Shown here in pieces: positions 41,625 to 41,983 of a stretch of DNA of 41,983 nucleotides (position 1 is the first letter of the stretch; each line of letters opens with the position of its first letter). Location: the NCBI GenBank assembly GCA_964444635.1, contig CAYUIA010000001.1, positions 1 through 41,983 on the forward strand, read 5' to 3'. The translations under genes were made by a program, and so were the position numbers. The notes beneath the pieces were generated by a model, which was not told where the DNA came from, searched no databases, and saw nothing but the letters and a program-made list of their open reading frames with translations. The DNA comes from an uncultured Gammaproteobacteria bacterium (lineage in GTDB: Bacteria > Patescibacteriota > Patescibacteriia > Magasanikbacterales > GWA2-37-8).

Positions 41625-41700
41625 AACATGTATCATGTATCATGTATTATGTATGCGAAATGGTTTTATACATAATACATAATACAAACTACATACTACT
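41625..41700. repeat. Heptad-word palindrome (three catgtat units then inverted atacata units)
   Basis: catgtatcatgtatcatgtattatgtat...atacataatacataatacaaactacatac. Confidence 0.65.
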
Positions 41701-41736
41701 TTTTGGCTTTCTTTAGCCAAAATAAACCCTTATATC

Positions 41737-41765
41737 TTGACAAAAGTGCCAAAATATGCTATGCT
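41737..41765 (+). promoter_or_regulatory. Promoter of RNase P RNA
   Basis: TTGACA, 17 nt, TATGCT. The predicted TSS falls at about the start of the rnpB P1 helix. Confidence 0.6.
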
Positions 41766-41768
41766 TAT

Positions 41769-41983
41769 GAAGTTCAAAGCGGATGGTCGCTTGGGTCGGA
41801 ATACGACCCGAGAGGAAAGTCCGAACGCCTCTATCGGCAAGCAATTATAGGCAGGCTAAAAATTAAGAATTTCTTGGTTTTTAGAGGTCTCGTTTGTCTG
41901 AAAGGTAAGGGGTAGCGGGTAATACCCGCCGTTGCATTGGTAACAATGTAAAAGGGAAAGTGGCACAGAGACTATACTAGTGA
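41769..41983 (+). ncRNA. rnpB: RNase P RNA (bacterial type), 5' portion truncated by the window end
   Basis: Universally conserved CR-I GAGAGGAAAGUCCGAAC at 41810-41826. P3-like hairpin gggtcggaatacgaccc. GUAA-tetraloop hairpin cauugGUAAcaaug. GGGAAAGUGGCACAGAGA resembles the conserved J11/12 region. Confidence 0.85.

Noticed and set aside
12135-41700. Heptad word arrays considered as CRISPR arrays
   Set aside because: The units are 7-8 nt with no unique spacers, the arrays are under 120 nt, and no cas genes are present.
1-41983. Alternative genetic code (UGA recoded, as in some CPR lineages)
   Set aside because: TGA terminates a well-delimited gene (the femAB-like gene at 9563-9565), and all conserved genes are intact under code 11.

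Overview
AT-rich, tightly packed bacterial window that uses the standard genetic code (TGA acts as a stop). The gene content looks like a small-genome Patescibacteria/CPR (Parcubacteria-like) organism, but that is inference only because no rRNA lies in the window. Recognisable content, in order: the 3' 6.3 kb of a giant surface fibre protein; tRNA-Lys(CUU); an rpmF-nusB-rnc operon; a FemAB-like peptidyltransferase; gyrA; rpsA; ftsH; an orphan pilB-type ATPase; thrS preceded by a T-box leader; miaB; miaA; a cell-envelope locus (a 628 aa Ig-like-repeat protein, a DUF4012 protein, three GT4 glycosyltransferases and a WbaP-type priming transferase); and the 5' part of RNase P RNA. Four things stand out. 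(1) Ten short orphan genes each carry a near-consensus sigma70 promoter, a strong Shine-Dalgarno (SD) sequence and their own terminator, while none of the conserved genes has an SD. Several of the orphans are diverged paralogues. (2) Short repeat elements sit in frame inside housekeeping genes (miaB twice, miaA, the femAB-like gene and one GT4), and related copies occur in intergenic DNA. (3) Many intergenic spacers contain 7-nt 'word' arrays, often a direct array followed by its inverted complement. (4) GC-rich multi-hairpin MITE/REP-like elements, duplicated terminators and tRNA-Lys 3'-end fragments are present. No CRISPR array, transposase, integrase or reverse transcriptase is visible.
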